64,000 nucleotides of DNA, taken from Frankiaceae bacterium. Its GTDB lineage: Bacteria; Actinomycetota; Actinomycetes; BP-191. The stretch is from assembly GCA_035556555.1 (NCBI GenBank), contig DATMES010000022.1, positions 7,577 through 71,576 of the forward strand. Direction: 5' to 3'. Under the pieces are notes generated by a model, which made no database searches, was not told where the DNA came from, and saw nothing but the letters and a program-made list of their open reading frames with translations. Below, piece by piece: positions 30,589 to 40,857 of this stretch (the stretch's first letter is position 1; each line of letters opens with the position of its first letter). The translations under genes were made by a program, and so were the position numbers.

Positions 30589-31332
30589 GTGCGCGCGTCG
30601 GTGGCCGCCGTCGTGGCGGCAGTGGTGCTGGCGGGGTGTGGCGGCTCGTCTCCCGAGCCGGTCGCCTCCGAGACGCCGACCCCCTCGGCGACGACGAAGA
30701 AGCCGCGCCCCAAGCCGAAGCCGACCAAGACCGCCACCCCGTCACCCACGCCGACGGCCACGACGCCGCCGCCGGTCACCGGGGATCCCGTCACCACCGC
30801 CGAGTCGTTGGTGGCGCTCGTGGACCCTGGCGTGCCGCGGCAGGGCAGCGAGTGCCGGGCGCTCGTACCCGACATGGCCACGCCCGCCTGCCTCGCGGTC
30901 AAGACCGACGCGGGTCAGCTCGTCTCCGCGACCGGGCGGATAGACGGGCGCAAGGCGATCCGGCTGCTGGTCCAGACCCCCAACGGGTACGTCGCCCGCT
31001 ACGAGGGCCGCGACGACGGGCGCTCGTGGGCGCAGCTCAAGGTGTACGCGACGCCGCTCACCGGGCAGGGCCTCGACGGCGTGGTGTTCTCCGTACGGCT
31101 CACCGACGGCGCGCTGACGTACGACGTCCTGACCTGGGCCAGGGGCGGCCCGCTGGTGCTGCGCGCCCACCGCGGGCCGGTCGCGGACGGGCGCCTCGTC
31201 CCGCGCGCGGAAGGGCTGGACGAGTACGCGCAGGCCGTCGACGGCTCGTACGTCCTCCGCCGGCTGGCCTGGGACGGCCGCCGCTTCCTCATCTCGAAGG
31301 GCGTCCGCGCGACGACGGTGCCCGGCCGCTGA
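30589..31332 (+). CDS. Putative lipoprotein (247 aa) with a PT-rich linker
   Basis: GTG start 3 nt after the purM stop; lipobox LAGC. Confidence 0.5.
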   Translation: MRASVAAVVAAVVLAGCGGSSPEPVASETPTPSATTKKPRPKPKPTKTATPSPTPTATTPPPVTGDPVTTAESLVALVDPGVPRQGSECRALVPDMATPACLAVKTDAGQLVSATGRIDGRKAIRLLVQTPNGYVARYEGRDDGRSWAQLKVYATPLTGQGLDGVVFSVRLTDGALTYDVLTWARGGPLVLRAHRGPVADGRLVPRAEGLDEYAQAVDGSYVLRRLAWDGRRFLISKGVRATTVPGR

Positions 31333-31335
31333 CGT

Positions 31336-31755
31336 TCAGGGCAGCAGAACGAGCGCGCCGACGTGGCGTGGGCGTACGACCGTGAAGTGACGACGGTCCA
31401 GGGTCGCGACTTCGGCAACACCCAGGCGCTCCGCGAGCGCGATCACGGCGGCATCGGTCGTGCCGAGGGGAAGGTCCGCGTACTCCTCGACGAGGTCGGC
31501 CATGCGCCCGTAGTCCTCCACGGTCAGGTCGACCGGCTCGAAGTCGCCGTCAGCCGCCGAACGAAGGAACAGCGATTCCACCGACGGACCGGCCTCCCGC
31601 GCGAGCAGGTAGCCGACCTCCGCGGTGACCGGTGCCGGCAACAGCAGGGCACGGCCCGCTAGGTGGAGCCCCGTGAACAGGTCGACGCACGTACGGTGCG
31701 CATCGTCGTTCGACAGCGCCGCGGCCACCAGCGGCCCCGTGTCACAGAGGATCAC
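31336..31755 (-). CDS. vapC: PIN-domain ribonuclease toxin VapC
   Basis: VILCDTGPLVAAL...D N-terminus typical of PIN; 140 aa. Confidence 0.75.
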   Translation of the reverse strand: MILCDTGPLVAAALSNDDAHRTCVDLFTGLHLAGRALLLPAPVTAEVGYLLAREAGPSVESLFLRSAADGDFEPVDLTVEDYGRMADLVEEYADLPLGTTDAAVIALAERLGVAEVATLDRRHFTVVRPRHVGALVLLP

Positions 31756-31964
31756 GCGGGGCGGCCGAAGCCCTCGGCGAGCAGGTCGTCGACGTTCGCG
31801 GCAATGTCCGTACGGCGCGCGACCGCAGCGCCGAACCAGGCGGGCGGCCACGACCCCGGAGAGCGTCGGACGGCGCGGCGGCGTACGTCGGCCAGCGCGG
31901 AAGGGACCTGGTCGTCAGGCAGCTCGTCGACCAGGCGGCGCAGCTCGTCACGTTCGGCACTCAC
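31752..31964 (-). CDS. vapB: Putative VapB-type antitoxin (70 aa)
   Basis: Small gene with a 4-nt overlap onto the vapC start; the assignment rests on operon context. Confidence 0.55.
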   Translation of the reverse strand: MSAERDELRRLVDELPDDQVPSALADVRRRAVRRSPGSWPPAWFGAAVARRTDIAANVDDLLAEGFGRPA

Positions 31965-32083
31965 ACCGCAAGTCTAGGACCGCTGCCGCTGCCGGACGGC
32001 GAGCGACGCAACCGGGTCGCGGGCTACGCACGGGAAAAGCGCAGAACGCACCCCGAAGGGCGTTCGGTCACGCGGACAGGCGG

Positions 32084-32272
32084 CTACGCGTCCTCGTCGT
32101 CGTCCGCGAACGGGTCGTACTCGTCGTCGTCCTCGTCGGGCTCGCTCGACGACGTGTGCTCGGCGCCGCCGGTGAGCTCGGCGCGCAGGCGTTCGAGGTC
32201 GGTGCCCCCGCTGCTGTACTTCAGGTCGCGCGCGATCTTCTTCTGGATCGCCTTGGCACGGCCGCGCCCCAT
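32084..32272 (-). CDS. DUF3073-family small acidic protein
   Basis: MGRGRAKAIQKKIARDLKYSSGGTDLERLRAEL followed by a poly-Asp/Glu tail; GGAGG RBS. Confidence 0.75.
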   Translation of the reverse strand: MGRGRAKAIQKKIARDLKYSSGGTDLERLRAELTGGAEHTSSSEPDEDDDEYDPFADDDEDA

Positions 32273-32426
32273 GTGGCTCGACCTCCTCGAGGGACGGGCA
32301 GGCGCTACGCCCCCCGTGAACGGTCCGCTTGCTTTCGGGAAGTGTCTCATGTCGCGAGACACCCCTACGGTACCTGACCTGTCGCCCTGTCACATCTTGA
32401 TCGCGCTTTGTCCCGTTATGGGCCGA

Positions 32427-32810
32427 TCAGACGGTCAGGCCGAGCATCTCCCGTACGACGGGGAGCAGCTGGGCGAGGTCGTGCTTGCGCAGGTACCGGT
32501 CGATCGCGGGCTCGCGCGACACCTCGACCGCGAGATCGTGCGTCGTGAACAGCAGGATCCGCGACGTCGGCGCCACCCGCTTGATCATCGGCGCGAGGTC
32601 GACACCCATGATCGTGCCCTCGATGAAGTGGTCGAGGATGACGAGGTCGGGCGCCATGGCCTCGGCGAGCGGCAGGGCCTCCTCCGCGCTGGCGGCCTCG
32701 CCGTCGACCTCGATCCCCGGCTCGCCCATGAGCGTGAGCCGGATGAGTCGCCGGAAGTCGGCGTCGTCCTCGATGACGACCAGCACCTTCAGCAACGGCG
32801 CGTCCGTCAC
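32427..32810 (-). CDS. Single-domain response regulator (receiver only, CheY-like)
   Basis: LVVIEDD...DLVILD; GTGA overlap with the kinase stop. Confidence 0.8.
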   Translation of the reverse strand: MTDAPLLKVLVVIEDDADFRRLIRLTLMGEPGIEVDGEAASAEEALPLAEAMAPDLVILDHFIEGTIMGVDLAPMIKRVAPTSRILLFTTHDLAVEVSREPAIDRYLRKHDLAQLLPVVREMLGLTV

Positions 32811-34939
32811 GTCACGCTCCTCGCCCGCGGCACCGTGTAGCGCAGCGTCGTACCCGTACCGACGTGGCTCTCCACGCCGATCTCGCCACCCTGTGCCTCG
32901 ACAAGGGCACGGCAGATGTACAGGCCCAGACCGGTGCCTTTCTCTCCCCCGGACGGCGTAGCGAGGCGGGAGAACTTTCCGAACAGCCGCGGCAGGTCCT
33001 CCGGCGGGATTCCCGGACCGCGGTCGCACACGCGCACCTCGAGAAAGTCCCCCACGACGCCCACAGAGACCCGGATCGGGTACTCCGGCGGGGAGAACTT
33101 CTGCGCGTTCGAGATGAGGTTGGTCAGCACCCGCCACTGGCGGTCCTCGTCGCCGAGCGCCGTGGGGAGGTCCTCCGGTACGTCGGCGACGACGTTGCGG
33201 TCGTCGCGCGCGGCGTTCATCTCGTCCACGGTGCGGGTGACGAGCGCGCCGAGGTCGAACGGCGCGATGTCGTACGGGAAGTCGCCCGACTCGATCCGCG
33301 CGACCTGCAGCACGTCCTCGACGAGGACCGACAACCGCTTGGTGTTCTTGCTCGCGACGCCGAGGAGCTCCCGCTTCATCTCGTCCGGCAGGTCGTCCCA
33401 GCGCTGGAGCACCGTGTCGACGTAGCCGGCGATGACGGTCATCGGGGAGCGCAGGTCGTGGGCGACGACGCCGACGAACTCGTTCTTCAACGCGTCCAGC
33501 TCGCGCAGCCGCGCCGTCGTCTCGCGCTCGTACTCGAGCCGCGCCAGCGTGTAGAGCGCGCCGCCGACGACGTTGACCAGCTCGCCGACGATGACGAGGT
33601 CCTCCGGCGAGAACGTGTCCGGCTCGGTCGCCGCGAAGCTCAGCAGCGCGCGCGGCTGACCCGTGACGACGACGGGCGCCGCGACGCAGGACCGGACGCC
33701 GAGCCGGACGGCGTGCTCGCCGAACGCCGCCGCGATGTCGTTCTGCAGGAACGGCCCCCGCGCCTCGAGGATCGCGTGGAGCAAAGGGTCGTCGAGGGAG
33801 ACCTCGCTGCCGATCGGCAGGGCGGTCATGTCCTTGCCGCAGACCGCGACGACGGTCGTCACCTCGCCGTCGACGATCGACAGCGTCGCCCGGTCGAACC
33901 GCAGCACGCTCGACACCGCGCCGGAGAACGCGTCGAACCCCTCACCGAGGCTCGTCGCCGTCGCGACGGCGAGGTACGCCGCGCGCAGCACCGCGTCGCG
34001 CCCAGTGCGCCGTACGAGCACGTCCTGGAACGCCAGCCGCCGCGCCGCCTCCTCCTCCAGCTTGGCGGCGAGCCCCTCGGCGACGAGCCTGCGGCGGCGC
34101 GCGTGCTGGCCGAGCGACGTCGCGACCGCGAGCAGCGCCGAGAAGACGAGGCCGATGACGAGTACGCCGCCGGCCGCCCGGTCGAGCGAGATGGTGCGCG
34201 TGGCGTCGGTGCCGAGGTTGGTCAGCGCCTGCCAGAGCACGAGCGTCGCCGCGAGCGCGCCCACCGCCACGGGGATGGGCAGCCAGCGCGGCAGACCGTC
34301 GGTGTTGGCGAGGTTCCACGCGGTCCCGAGGTAGCCCATGGAGAGCAGCAGCAGGAGGAACGCCGTCAACGGCGCCATCGCGGTGCTGGAGCGCCACGTG
34401 TAGGCGGTCGTGACGTCGGCGGCGTACCCGAACAGCGCGACCAGCGCGAGGCCGGCCACGAGCGAGGCGGCCACGCCGACCGCGAGCGCGGCGCGGCGGG
34501 ACCGTTCGGATCGCGCGAACCAGAACGCGCTCGCGCCGAGCAGGGCGAAGCAGGCGGCGGAGTTGCCCGGCATCCGGCCCGGCGACTCGCCGGTCTTCAG
34601 CCACGGGTCGAACAGCAGCCGGTCGATGCCGAGGTCGACGCCGGCGACGTACTCCACGACGGTCGCGGCACCGGCGAACGTCACCAGCGCGATCGGCACG
34701 GTCGCGAAGCGGACCCAGCGGGACAGCGTGAGAAGCAGGCCGACGCCGAGCAGCCCGAGGCAGAGCGCGGTGTTGAACTGCATCGGCACCTGGTCGGCGC
34801 GCAGCCGCACCAGCTCGACGCGGTGCGTCAGCCAGCCGGCGAGCACCACCGCGCCGCCCAGCACCGCGACGACGGCGGCGGCCTCGGCGGGAAGGCGGGC
34901 GCTACGGGGCGGCAGCGGTGCCGACGCGACCGACGCCAC
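32807..34939 (-). CDS. Sensor histidine kinase: polytopic membrane N-domain, GAF, HisKA, HATPase_c
   Basis: H-box EFVGVVAHDLRSP; N, G1 and G2 boxes; GGGAGG RBS before the GTG. Confidence 0.8.
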   Translation of the reverse strand: MASVASAPLPPRSARLPAEAAAVVAVLGGAVVLAGWLTHRVELVRLRADQVPMQFNTALCLGLLGVGLLLTLSRWVRFATVPIALVTFAGAATVVEYVAGVDLGIDRLLFDPWLKTGESPGRMPGNSAACFALLGASAFWFARSERSRRAALAVGVAASLVAGLALVALFGYAADVTTAYTWRSSTAMAPLTAFLLLLLSMGYLGTAWNLANTDGLPRWLPIPVAVGALAATLVLWQALTNLGTDATRTISLDRAAGGVLVIGLVFSALLAVATSLGQHARRRRLVAEGLAAKLEEEAARRLAFQDVLVRRTGRDAVLRAAYLAVATATSLGEGFDAFSGAVSSVLRFDRATLSIVDGEVTTVVAVCGKDMTALPIGSEVSLDDPLLHAILEARGPFLQNDIAAAFGEHAVRLGVRSCVAAPVVVTGQPRALLSFAATEPDTFSPEDLVIVGELVNVVGGALYTLARLEYERETTARLRELDALKNEFVGVVAHDLRSPMTVIAGYVDTVLQRWDDLPDEMKRELLGVASKNTKRLSVLVEDVLQVARIESGDFPYDIAPFDLGALVTRTVDEMNAARDDRNVVADVPEDLPTALGDEDRQWRVLTNLISNAQKFSPPEYPIRVSVGVVGDFLEVRVCDRGPGIPPEDLPRLFGKFSRLATPSGGEKGTGLGLYICRALVEAQGGEIGVESHVGTGTTLRYTVPRARSVT

Positions 34940-35134
34940 AGCCACCTCCCTGGGACCCCTGGAGCCGTTGCGTGGATCTTGCCCCCCTTTGGTCTCCCGA
35001 TGCGACAGGTTGGCCGAACGTTCGCGGCGGCGCCGCGCGGCATGCGAGACTCGGCGACCACGAGCAGCAACGGCGCTGCGACCCGTCCGGCCCGCTTCCT
35101 TCCCCAGGCTGCGTACCGCATTGGAGCCCGTTGC

Positions 35135-38100
35135 ATGACCCGCACCCCGTACCACCTCGACCCCGAACGCGACGCCTGCGGCATCGGGTTCGTCGCCGAC
35201 GTGCGCGGGCGGCGTACGCACGAGCCCGTCGCCGAGGCGCTGAACGCCCTCGGCAGGGTCGAGCACAGGGGCGCGATCGCCGACGACCCGCAGGCCGGCG
35301 ATGGCGCGGGCCTGCTCGTGCCGATCGACGCGGCGTTCTACGCGGCCCGGCTGCCTGGCCTCCAGCCCGACGACGTGGAGCTGCTGGGCATCGCGATGGC
35401 GTTCCTGCCTGCCGACGTCGAGGGCGGGGAGCCGATCCAGGCCGCCGCGCGGCGCGCCTTGGAGGACGCCTGCCTGCACGAGGGCATCGGCGTCTCCGGC
35501 TGGCGGGTCGTGCCCGTCGATCCCGAGGCGCTCGGCGAGCACGCGCGCAGGCACGCGCCGCGCATCGAGCAGGCGGTCCTGCTGCGCTCGACGTCGGTGC
35601 CCGTCGACGAGGCCGAGCGGCGCGCGTTCCGCGCCCGCAAGCGCTTCGCGCGGACGGTGGCGGCGCGCGGCATCCCCGCGTACCTCGCGTCGATCTCGTT
35701 CCGCACGGTGACGTACAAGGCGCTCTGCGCGGCGGAGCAGCTCGGCGCGTTCTACGCCGACCTGACGGATCCGGAGCTGACGGGGTCGTTCGCGGTGTTC
35801 CACCAGCGGTACTCGACCAACACGACGCCGACGTGGACCCGCGCGCAGCCGTTCCGCTTCCTCTGCCACAACGGCGAGATCAACACCATCCAGGGCAACG
35901 TCAACTGGATGAGCGCCCGCGAGGGGTCGCTCGGCACCGGCGACCTCATCGAGGAGGAGCTGGTCCGCCCGGTCATCGAGCCCGACGGCTCCGACTCGGC
36001 GATGCTCGACAACGCCGTCGAGCTGCTCGTGCGCGCGGGCCGCGACATCCGGCACGTCATGGCGATGCTGGTGCCCGAGGCGTGGGAGGACGCGGGCCAC
36101 CTGCCCGCCGACGTGCGCGACTTCTACGAGTACCACGCGGGCCTGACCGAGCCGTGGGACGGCCCCGCGGGGCTGGTCTTCACCGACGGCGAGCGGGTCG
36201 GCGCCTGCCTGGACCGCAACGGCCTCCGCCCGCTCCGGTGGGCGGCGTCACAGGACGGCCTCGTCGTCTGCTCGTCCGAGGCCGGCGTCGTCAACCTCTC
36301 GGGCCGCGGCACCGTCACGCGAGGCCGCCTCGGGCCGGGCCAGATGATCTGCGTGGACCCGCGGTACGGCCTGCAGACCGACGCCGACATCAAGGGCTGG
36401 CTCGCGCGGCGGCGCCCGTACGGCGAGTGGCTGCGCAACGGCCTGCGCCGCGTCTCCGCCGGCGCGCCCGTGCGTGAAGCCGGACCGGCGCTGGCGCTGC
36501 GGCAGGTGGCGTACGGCTACACCCGCGAGGAGCTCACGACCGTCCTGCGCTCGATGGGCACGACCGGCAAGGAGCCGGTCTCGTCCATGGGCGACGACAC
36601 CGCGCTGTCGCTGCTGTCGGGGACGCGGCGGTCCGTCGCGTCGTACCTGAAGCAGCGGTTCGCGCAGGTCACGAACCCCGCGCTCGACCACCTGCGCGAG
36701 CGCACCGTCATGTCACTGCGTACGCGCCTCGGCATGCTGGAGCCGCTGCTCACCGAGCGGCCCGAGGCGGCGCGCGGCGTGGAGCTGGCGACGTTCCTGC
36801 TGACGCCGGCGGGGCTCGACGAGCTGGTCGGCGCGTCCGAGGTGCTCGGGCGCTACACGCGCCTCGACGCGACGTTCCCCGTGGCCGACGGCCCGGCGGG
36901 ACTGGAGAGCGCGCTCATCAAGCTGTCGTACGCCGCCGAGTCGGCGATCCTCGCCGGCTCGGAGCTCGTCGTGCTGGACGACTCGGCCGTCTCACCCGAC
37001 CGCGCGCCGGTGCCGATGCTGCTCGCCGTCGGCGCCGTGCACCAGCACCTCATCGACGGGCAGCTGCGCTCGCTCGCGTCGGTCGTCGTGGACTCCGGCG
37101 AGCCGCGCGAGGTGCACCACTTCGCGACGCTGCTCGGGTACGGCGCCGAGGCCGTCTGCCCGCGCCTCGCGCTGGAGACCGTGGCCGCGCTCGCCACCAA
37201 GACCGGCGGTCCCGAGGCGGCGGGGCCCGCGCAGGAGGCGTACCGGCACGCGGTCGAGGACGGCGTGCTCAAGGTGATGTCGAAGATGGGCATCTCGTGC
37301 CTCGACTCGTACCGCGGGGCGCAGATCTTCGACGCCGTGGGCCTGTCCGCGGCCGTCGTCGACCGCTGCTTCCGCGGCACGGTGTCGCCGATCGGCGGCG
37401 CGGGGTTCGCGGACCTCGCGGAGGACGTGCTGTACCGGCACCAGAAGGCGTACGACGCCAAGCCGGTCCTCGACAACCCCGGCTACGTGAAGTGGCGGCG
37501 CGGCGGCGAGTACCACCACAACAACCCCGACGTCATCCAGGCGCTCCAGTCGCTGACGGTCCCGGATGCGCCACCGGTGCCGGGCGCCGACAAGGAGCTG
37601 GCCGCGGCCCACTCGCTGCGGACGGCCGTGCAGAAGGGCGAGCGGGCGGCGTACGACCGGTTCGCCGCGCTCGTCGACGACCGGCCGCCCACCAACCCGC
37701 GCGACCTGCTGGAGGTCATCCCCGCGGCGACCCCGGTGCCGCTGGACGAGGTCGAGCCGGTGGCGTCGATCGTGAAGCGGTTCTCGACCGGCGCGATGTC
37801 GCACGGGTCCATCGGCGCGGAGGCGCACGAGACGCTGGCGCGGGCCATGAACATGCTCGGCGCCAAGAGCAACTGCGGCGAGGGCGGCGAGGACCCGGCG
37901 CGGTTCCGCAACGACCGCAACAGCAGGATCAAGCAGATCGCGTCGGGGCGGTTCGGGGTGACGCCGGAGTACGCGGCGTTCGCCGACGAATTGCAGATCA
38001 AGGTGTCGCAGGGCTCGAAGCCCGGCGAGGGCGGGCAGATCCCAGGCCACAAGGTGTCGGAGGAGATCGCGCGGCTGCGGCACACGACACCCGGCGTCGG

Positions 38101-39634
38101 TCTCATCTCCCCGCCGCCGCACCACGACATCTACTCGATCGAGGACCTCTCGCAGCTCATCTACGACCTCAAGCAGGTCAACCCGCGCGCGGACGTCTCG
38201 GTCAAGCTCGTCGCGTCGGCCGGCGTCGGGACGATCGCGGCCGGCGTGGCGAAGGCGTTCGCCGAGGTCGTGCACGTCTCGGGCACCGACGGCGGCACGG
38301 GCGCCTCCGCGCTGTCGTCCATCAAGAACGCCGGCCTCGACTGGGAGTTCGGGCTCGCGGAGGCGCAGCAGTCGCTCCTCGCCAACGGCCTCCGCTCCCG
38401 CGTGCGGCTGCGCGTCGACGGCGGCTTCAAGACGGGCCGCGACGTCATCATGGCCGCGCTGCTGGGGGCCGACGAGTACTCGTTCGGCACGGCCGCGCTG
38501 CTCGCCGAGGGCTGCATCATGGTCCGCGCCTGCCACCGCAACACCTGCCCCGTCGGCATCGCGACGCAGGACCCCGAGCTGCGGAAGAAGTTCACGGGCA
38601 CGGCCGAGCAGGTCGCCGACTACCTGCGCTTCGTGGCCGAGGAGGTGCGCGAGACGCTCGCGGTGCTGGGCTTCCGTTCGCTGGACGAGGCGATCGGGCG
38701 TACGGAGTCGCTGCGGCAGCGGCGTACCGACGACCCGCGCGCCGAGTCGCTCGACCTGCGCCCGCTGCTCGCGGTGCCCGCGGAAGGCCCTCGTCGGTTC
38801 GTGGCGCCGGTGTCGATCCAGCGCCAGCACGCGCCGCTGGGCGACCGGCTCTTCGACGTCGCGTGGCCGGTGGTCTCGACCGGCGGCACGCTCGAGGTCG
38901 ACTGGGACATCCGCAACGGCGACCGGTCGTTCGGGGCGCGGCTCGGCGGCGCGATCGGTCGCGCGTTCGGGGCGGCGGCGCCTCCCGGCGCGGTCACGGC
39001 ACGGCTGACCGGCGTAGCGGGGCAGAGCCTCGGGGCGTTCCTCACCGAGGGCATCCGCGTCGAGCTGACCGGCGAGGCCAACGACTACGTCGGCAAGTCC
39101 ATGGGCGGCGGCGTCGTCGCGATCACGCCGCCCGCCGACGACGCGGGCGACGCCGTGCTGGCCGGCAACACCGTGCTGTACGGCGCCACCGGCGGCCGCG
39201 TGTTCATCGGCGGGCGCGCCGGCGAGCGGTACGCCGTCCGCAACTCCGGCGCCGTCTCCGTCGTCGAGGGCGTGGGCGACCACCTGGCCGAGTACATGAC
39301 CGGCGGCACCGTCGTCGTCCTCGGCCCGACGGGCCGCAACGTCGGCGCGGGGATGAGCGGCGGGGAGGTCTTCGTCCACGACCTCGACCAGGCCCGCGTC
39401 AACCCCGCGATGGTGCGCGTGGACGCGCTCACCGCCGAGCAGGCGGGGCGCGTGAAGGCTCTGCTCGAGGAGCACCTCGCCGCGACCGGCTCGCGCCGCG
39501 CCGCCGCGCTGCTCGCCGACTGGGCGGTCGAGGCGGGCCGGTTCCTGCGCGTCGCGCCGACGCCGCCGGTCGTCGAGCTCGACGTCGAGGACGAGGAGAA
39601 GGTGGAGGCGTCGGCGACGGGTTCGACCGGATAA
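35135..39634 (+). CDS. gltB: Glutamate synthase large subunit
   Basis: 1499 aa; N-terminal CGIGFVA amidotransferase nucleophile; FMN, Fe-S and GXGXG domains. Confidence 0.95.
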   Translation: MTRTPYHLDPERDACGIGFVADVRGRRTHEPVAEALNALGRVEHRGAIADDPQAGDGAGLLVPIDAAFYAARLPGLQPDDVELLGIAMAFLPADVEGGEPIQAAARRALEDACLHEGIGVSGWRVVPVDPEALGEHARRHAPRIEQAVLLRSTSVPVDEAERRAFRARKRFARTVAARGIPAYLASISFRTVTYKALCAAEQLGAFYADLTDPELTGSFAVFHQRYSTNTTPTWTRAQPFRFLCHNGEINTIQGNVNWMSAREGSLGTGDLIEEELVRPVIEPDGSDSAMLDNAVELLVRAGRDIRHVMAMLVPEAWEDAGHLPADVRDFYEYHAGLTEPWDGPAGLVFTDGERVGACLDRNGLRPLRWAASQDGLVVCSSEAGVVNLSGRGTVTRGRLGPGQMICVDPRYGLQTDADIKGWLARRRPYGEWLRNGLRRVSAGAPVREAGPALALRQVAYGYTREELTTVLRSMGTTGKEPVSSMGDDTALSLLSGTRRSVASYLKQRFAQVTNPALDHLRERTVMSLRTRLGMLEPLLTERPEAARGVELATFLLTPAGLDELVGASEVLGRYTRLDATFPVADGPAGLESALIKLSYAAESAILAGSELVVLDDSAVSPDRAPVPMLLAVGAVHQHLIDGQLRSLASVVVDSGEPREVHHFATLLGYGAEAVCPRLALETVAALATKTGGPEAAGPAQEAYRHAVEDGVLKVMSKMGISCLDSYRGAQIFDAVGLSAAVVDRCFRGTVSPIGGAGFADLAEDVLYRHQKAYDAKPVLDNPGYVKWRRGGEYHHNNPDVIQALQSLTVPDAPPVPGADKELAAAHSLRTAVQKGERAAYDRFAALVDDRPPTNPRDLLEVIPAATPVPLDEVEPVASIVKRFSTGAMSHGSIGAEAHETLARAMNMLGAKSNCGEGGEDPARFRNDRNSRIKQIASGRFGVTPEYAAFADELQIKVSQGSKPGEGGQIPGHKVSEEIARLRHTTPGVGLISPPPHHDIYSIEDLSQLIYDLKQVNPRADVSVKLVASAGVGTIAAGVAKAFAEVVHVSGTDGGTGASALSSIKNAGLDWEFGLAEAQQSLLANGLRSRVRLRVDGGFKTGRDVIMAALLGADEYSFGTAALLAEGCIMVRACHRNTCPVGIATQDPELRKKFTGTAEQVADYLRFVAEEVRETLAVLGFRSLDEAIGRTESLRQRRTDDPRAESLDLRPLLAVPAEGPRRFVAPVSIQRQHAPLGDRLFDVAWPVVSTGGTLEVDWDIRNGDRSFGARLGGAIGRAFGAAAPPGAVTARLTGVAGQSLGAFLTEGIRVELTGEANDYVGKSMGGGVVAITPPADDAGDAVLAGNTVLYGATGGRVFIGGRAGERYAVRNSGAVSVVEGVGDHLAEYMTGGTVVVLGPTGRNVGAGMSGGEVFVHDLDQARVNPAMVRVDALTAEQAGRVKALLEEHLAATGSRRAAALLADWAVEAGRFLRVAPTPPVVELDVEDEEKVEASATGSTG

Positions 39635-39709
39635 CTGCCTTGCCTGCCCCTTTCGTCATCGCTACGGTGCGCATCGCGCTGGACGCCCCCTACGAATAGA
39701 GGTCTCTCA

Positions 39710-40552
39710 GTGACGCGTTCCATGCCTTTCGCAGCCGCGACTGCAGTCGTCGGCGCGGCTTTGCTGGTGGCAGTTTCGACCCCCGCCGACGCCCAGACGC
39801 CGGAGGTGACCGTATCGTCATGCGCAGCCGAGAACTCGATGGCGCATGCAGGTACGAACGTTGGATGGACGTGCGTCGAAGTCAATGTCATGGAACTCCT
39901 GCAGAGCGACCCCCTGGAAACTCCGGTTCCGGTTCCTGATCCGTTCGCAACACTCGTCGACGACGCCGAGGAGTCCGCTGACTTCGCGACCGACGAGTTG
40001 TGGAACACCGCCACCGACAATCGGGTTTACCTCGACCCGGCCAACGACGTGGACGGTGGCTGCTCGATACAAACCGACTACTGCTACCGCTCCGACATCT
40101 ACCAGTGGCGCATGGACGGCACGCTCTGGTATGGCATCGGTGAGCGGACGATCGGCAAGATCCGTCAGCAGGGACGCATCTCGTTGAACGGCCGGCAGTC
40201 GAACTTCCTGTGGTCGGCGGACCCTATCGAGGGTCCCGCGATCGACTCGATCCTCGATACGTTCTGTACAGACGGCAACGGATGGCGTAGCAGCACCTCG
40301 TGCGGGCGCAATACGGTGAAGTCGTTTGGGTATACGACCAGTTTGATCAGCATGGCGCCGTCCTATTATCACAGTGACGACAGCGACTACTACGGCCGGT
40401 TCCGCCTCATGTTCAAGTCTCAGGGAAACCCGAATCCCTCGGATCAGAGTGGTCAAGGATACTTCTACGCACCGGTGATCACGAGCCAGTACTTCGACTG
40501 CGACGACGACTTCCGCGAATCGGCCAAGTGCCGGTTCCGCGAAGCGAGCTGA
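39710..40552 (+). CDS. Secreted cysteine-rich protein (280 aa) encoded in a low-GC islet
   Basis: Signal peptide ending ADAQT; at least 10 Cys; local GC about 58-60% versus about 72% in the flanks. Confidence 0.55.
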   Translation: MTRSMPFAAATAVVGAALLVAVSTPADAQTPEVTVSSCAAENSMAHAGTNVGWTCVEVNVMELLQSDPLETPVPVPDPFATLVDDAEESADFATDELWNTATDNRVYLDPANDVDGGCSIQTDYCYRSDIYQWRMDGTLWYGIGERTIGKIRQQGRISLNGRQSNFLWSADPIEGPAIDSILDTFCTDGNGWRSSTSCGRNTVKSFGYTTSLISMAPSYYHSDDSDYYGRFRLMFKSQGNPNPSDQSGQGYFYAPVITSQYFDCDDDFRESAKCRFREAS

Positions 40553-40554
40553 CG

Positions 40555-40857
40555 ATGACCGGTGCGGACCGGGTCGTGTACATAGCCGAGCGACTCGCCG
40601 AGGACGCTCACCTCGGGTGGCCTGCTACGACGCGACTCTACGGCCACTGCGAGAAGCGGCAGCCCCTGCCGAGAGTCGTCGAGGCTGGCCCGGGTTGGGA
40701 CAGTGCCGAGGACGCGATCGAGTGGGCCCGAGCCCGCGCGGCCGTCGTCATGCTTCGACTTGGCTCGACAGTTCCACAGGTGACCTACTCCGCCGGATCG
40801 GTCCATCCCGACCAGGATCTGCCGCTGTGGCCCGCCTCCGTGAGGGAGCAACAGTAG
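40555..40857 (+). CDS. Small cytoplasmic hypothetical protein (100 aa), downstream partner of the secreted protein
   Basis: ATG 3 nt after the upstream stop; GC about 64%. Confidence 0.4.
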   Translation: MTGADRVVYIAERLAEDAHLGWPATTRLYGHCEKRQPLPRVVEAGPGWDSAEDAIEWARARAAVVMLRLGSTVPQVTYSAGSVHPDQDLPLWPASVREQQ

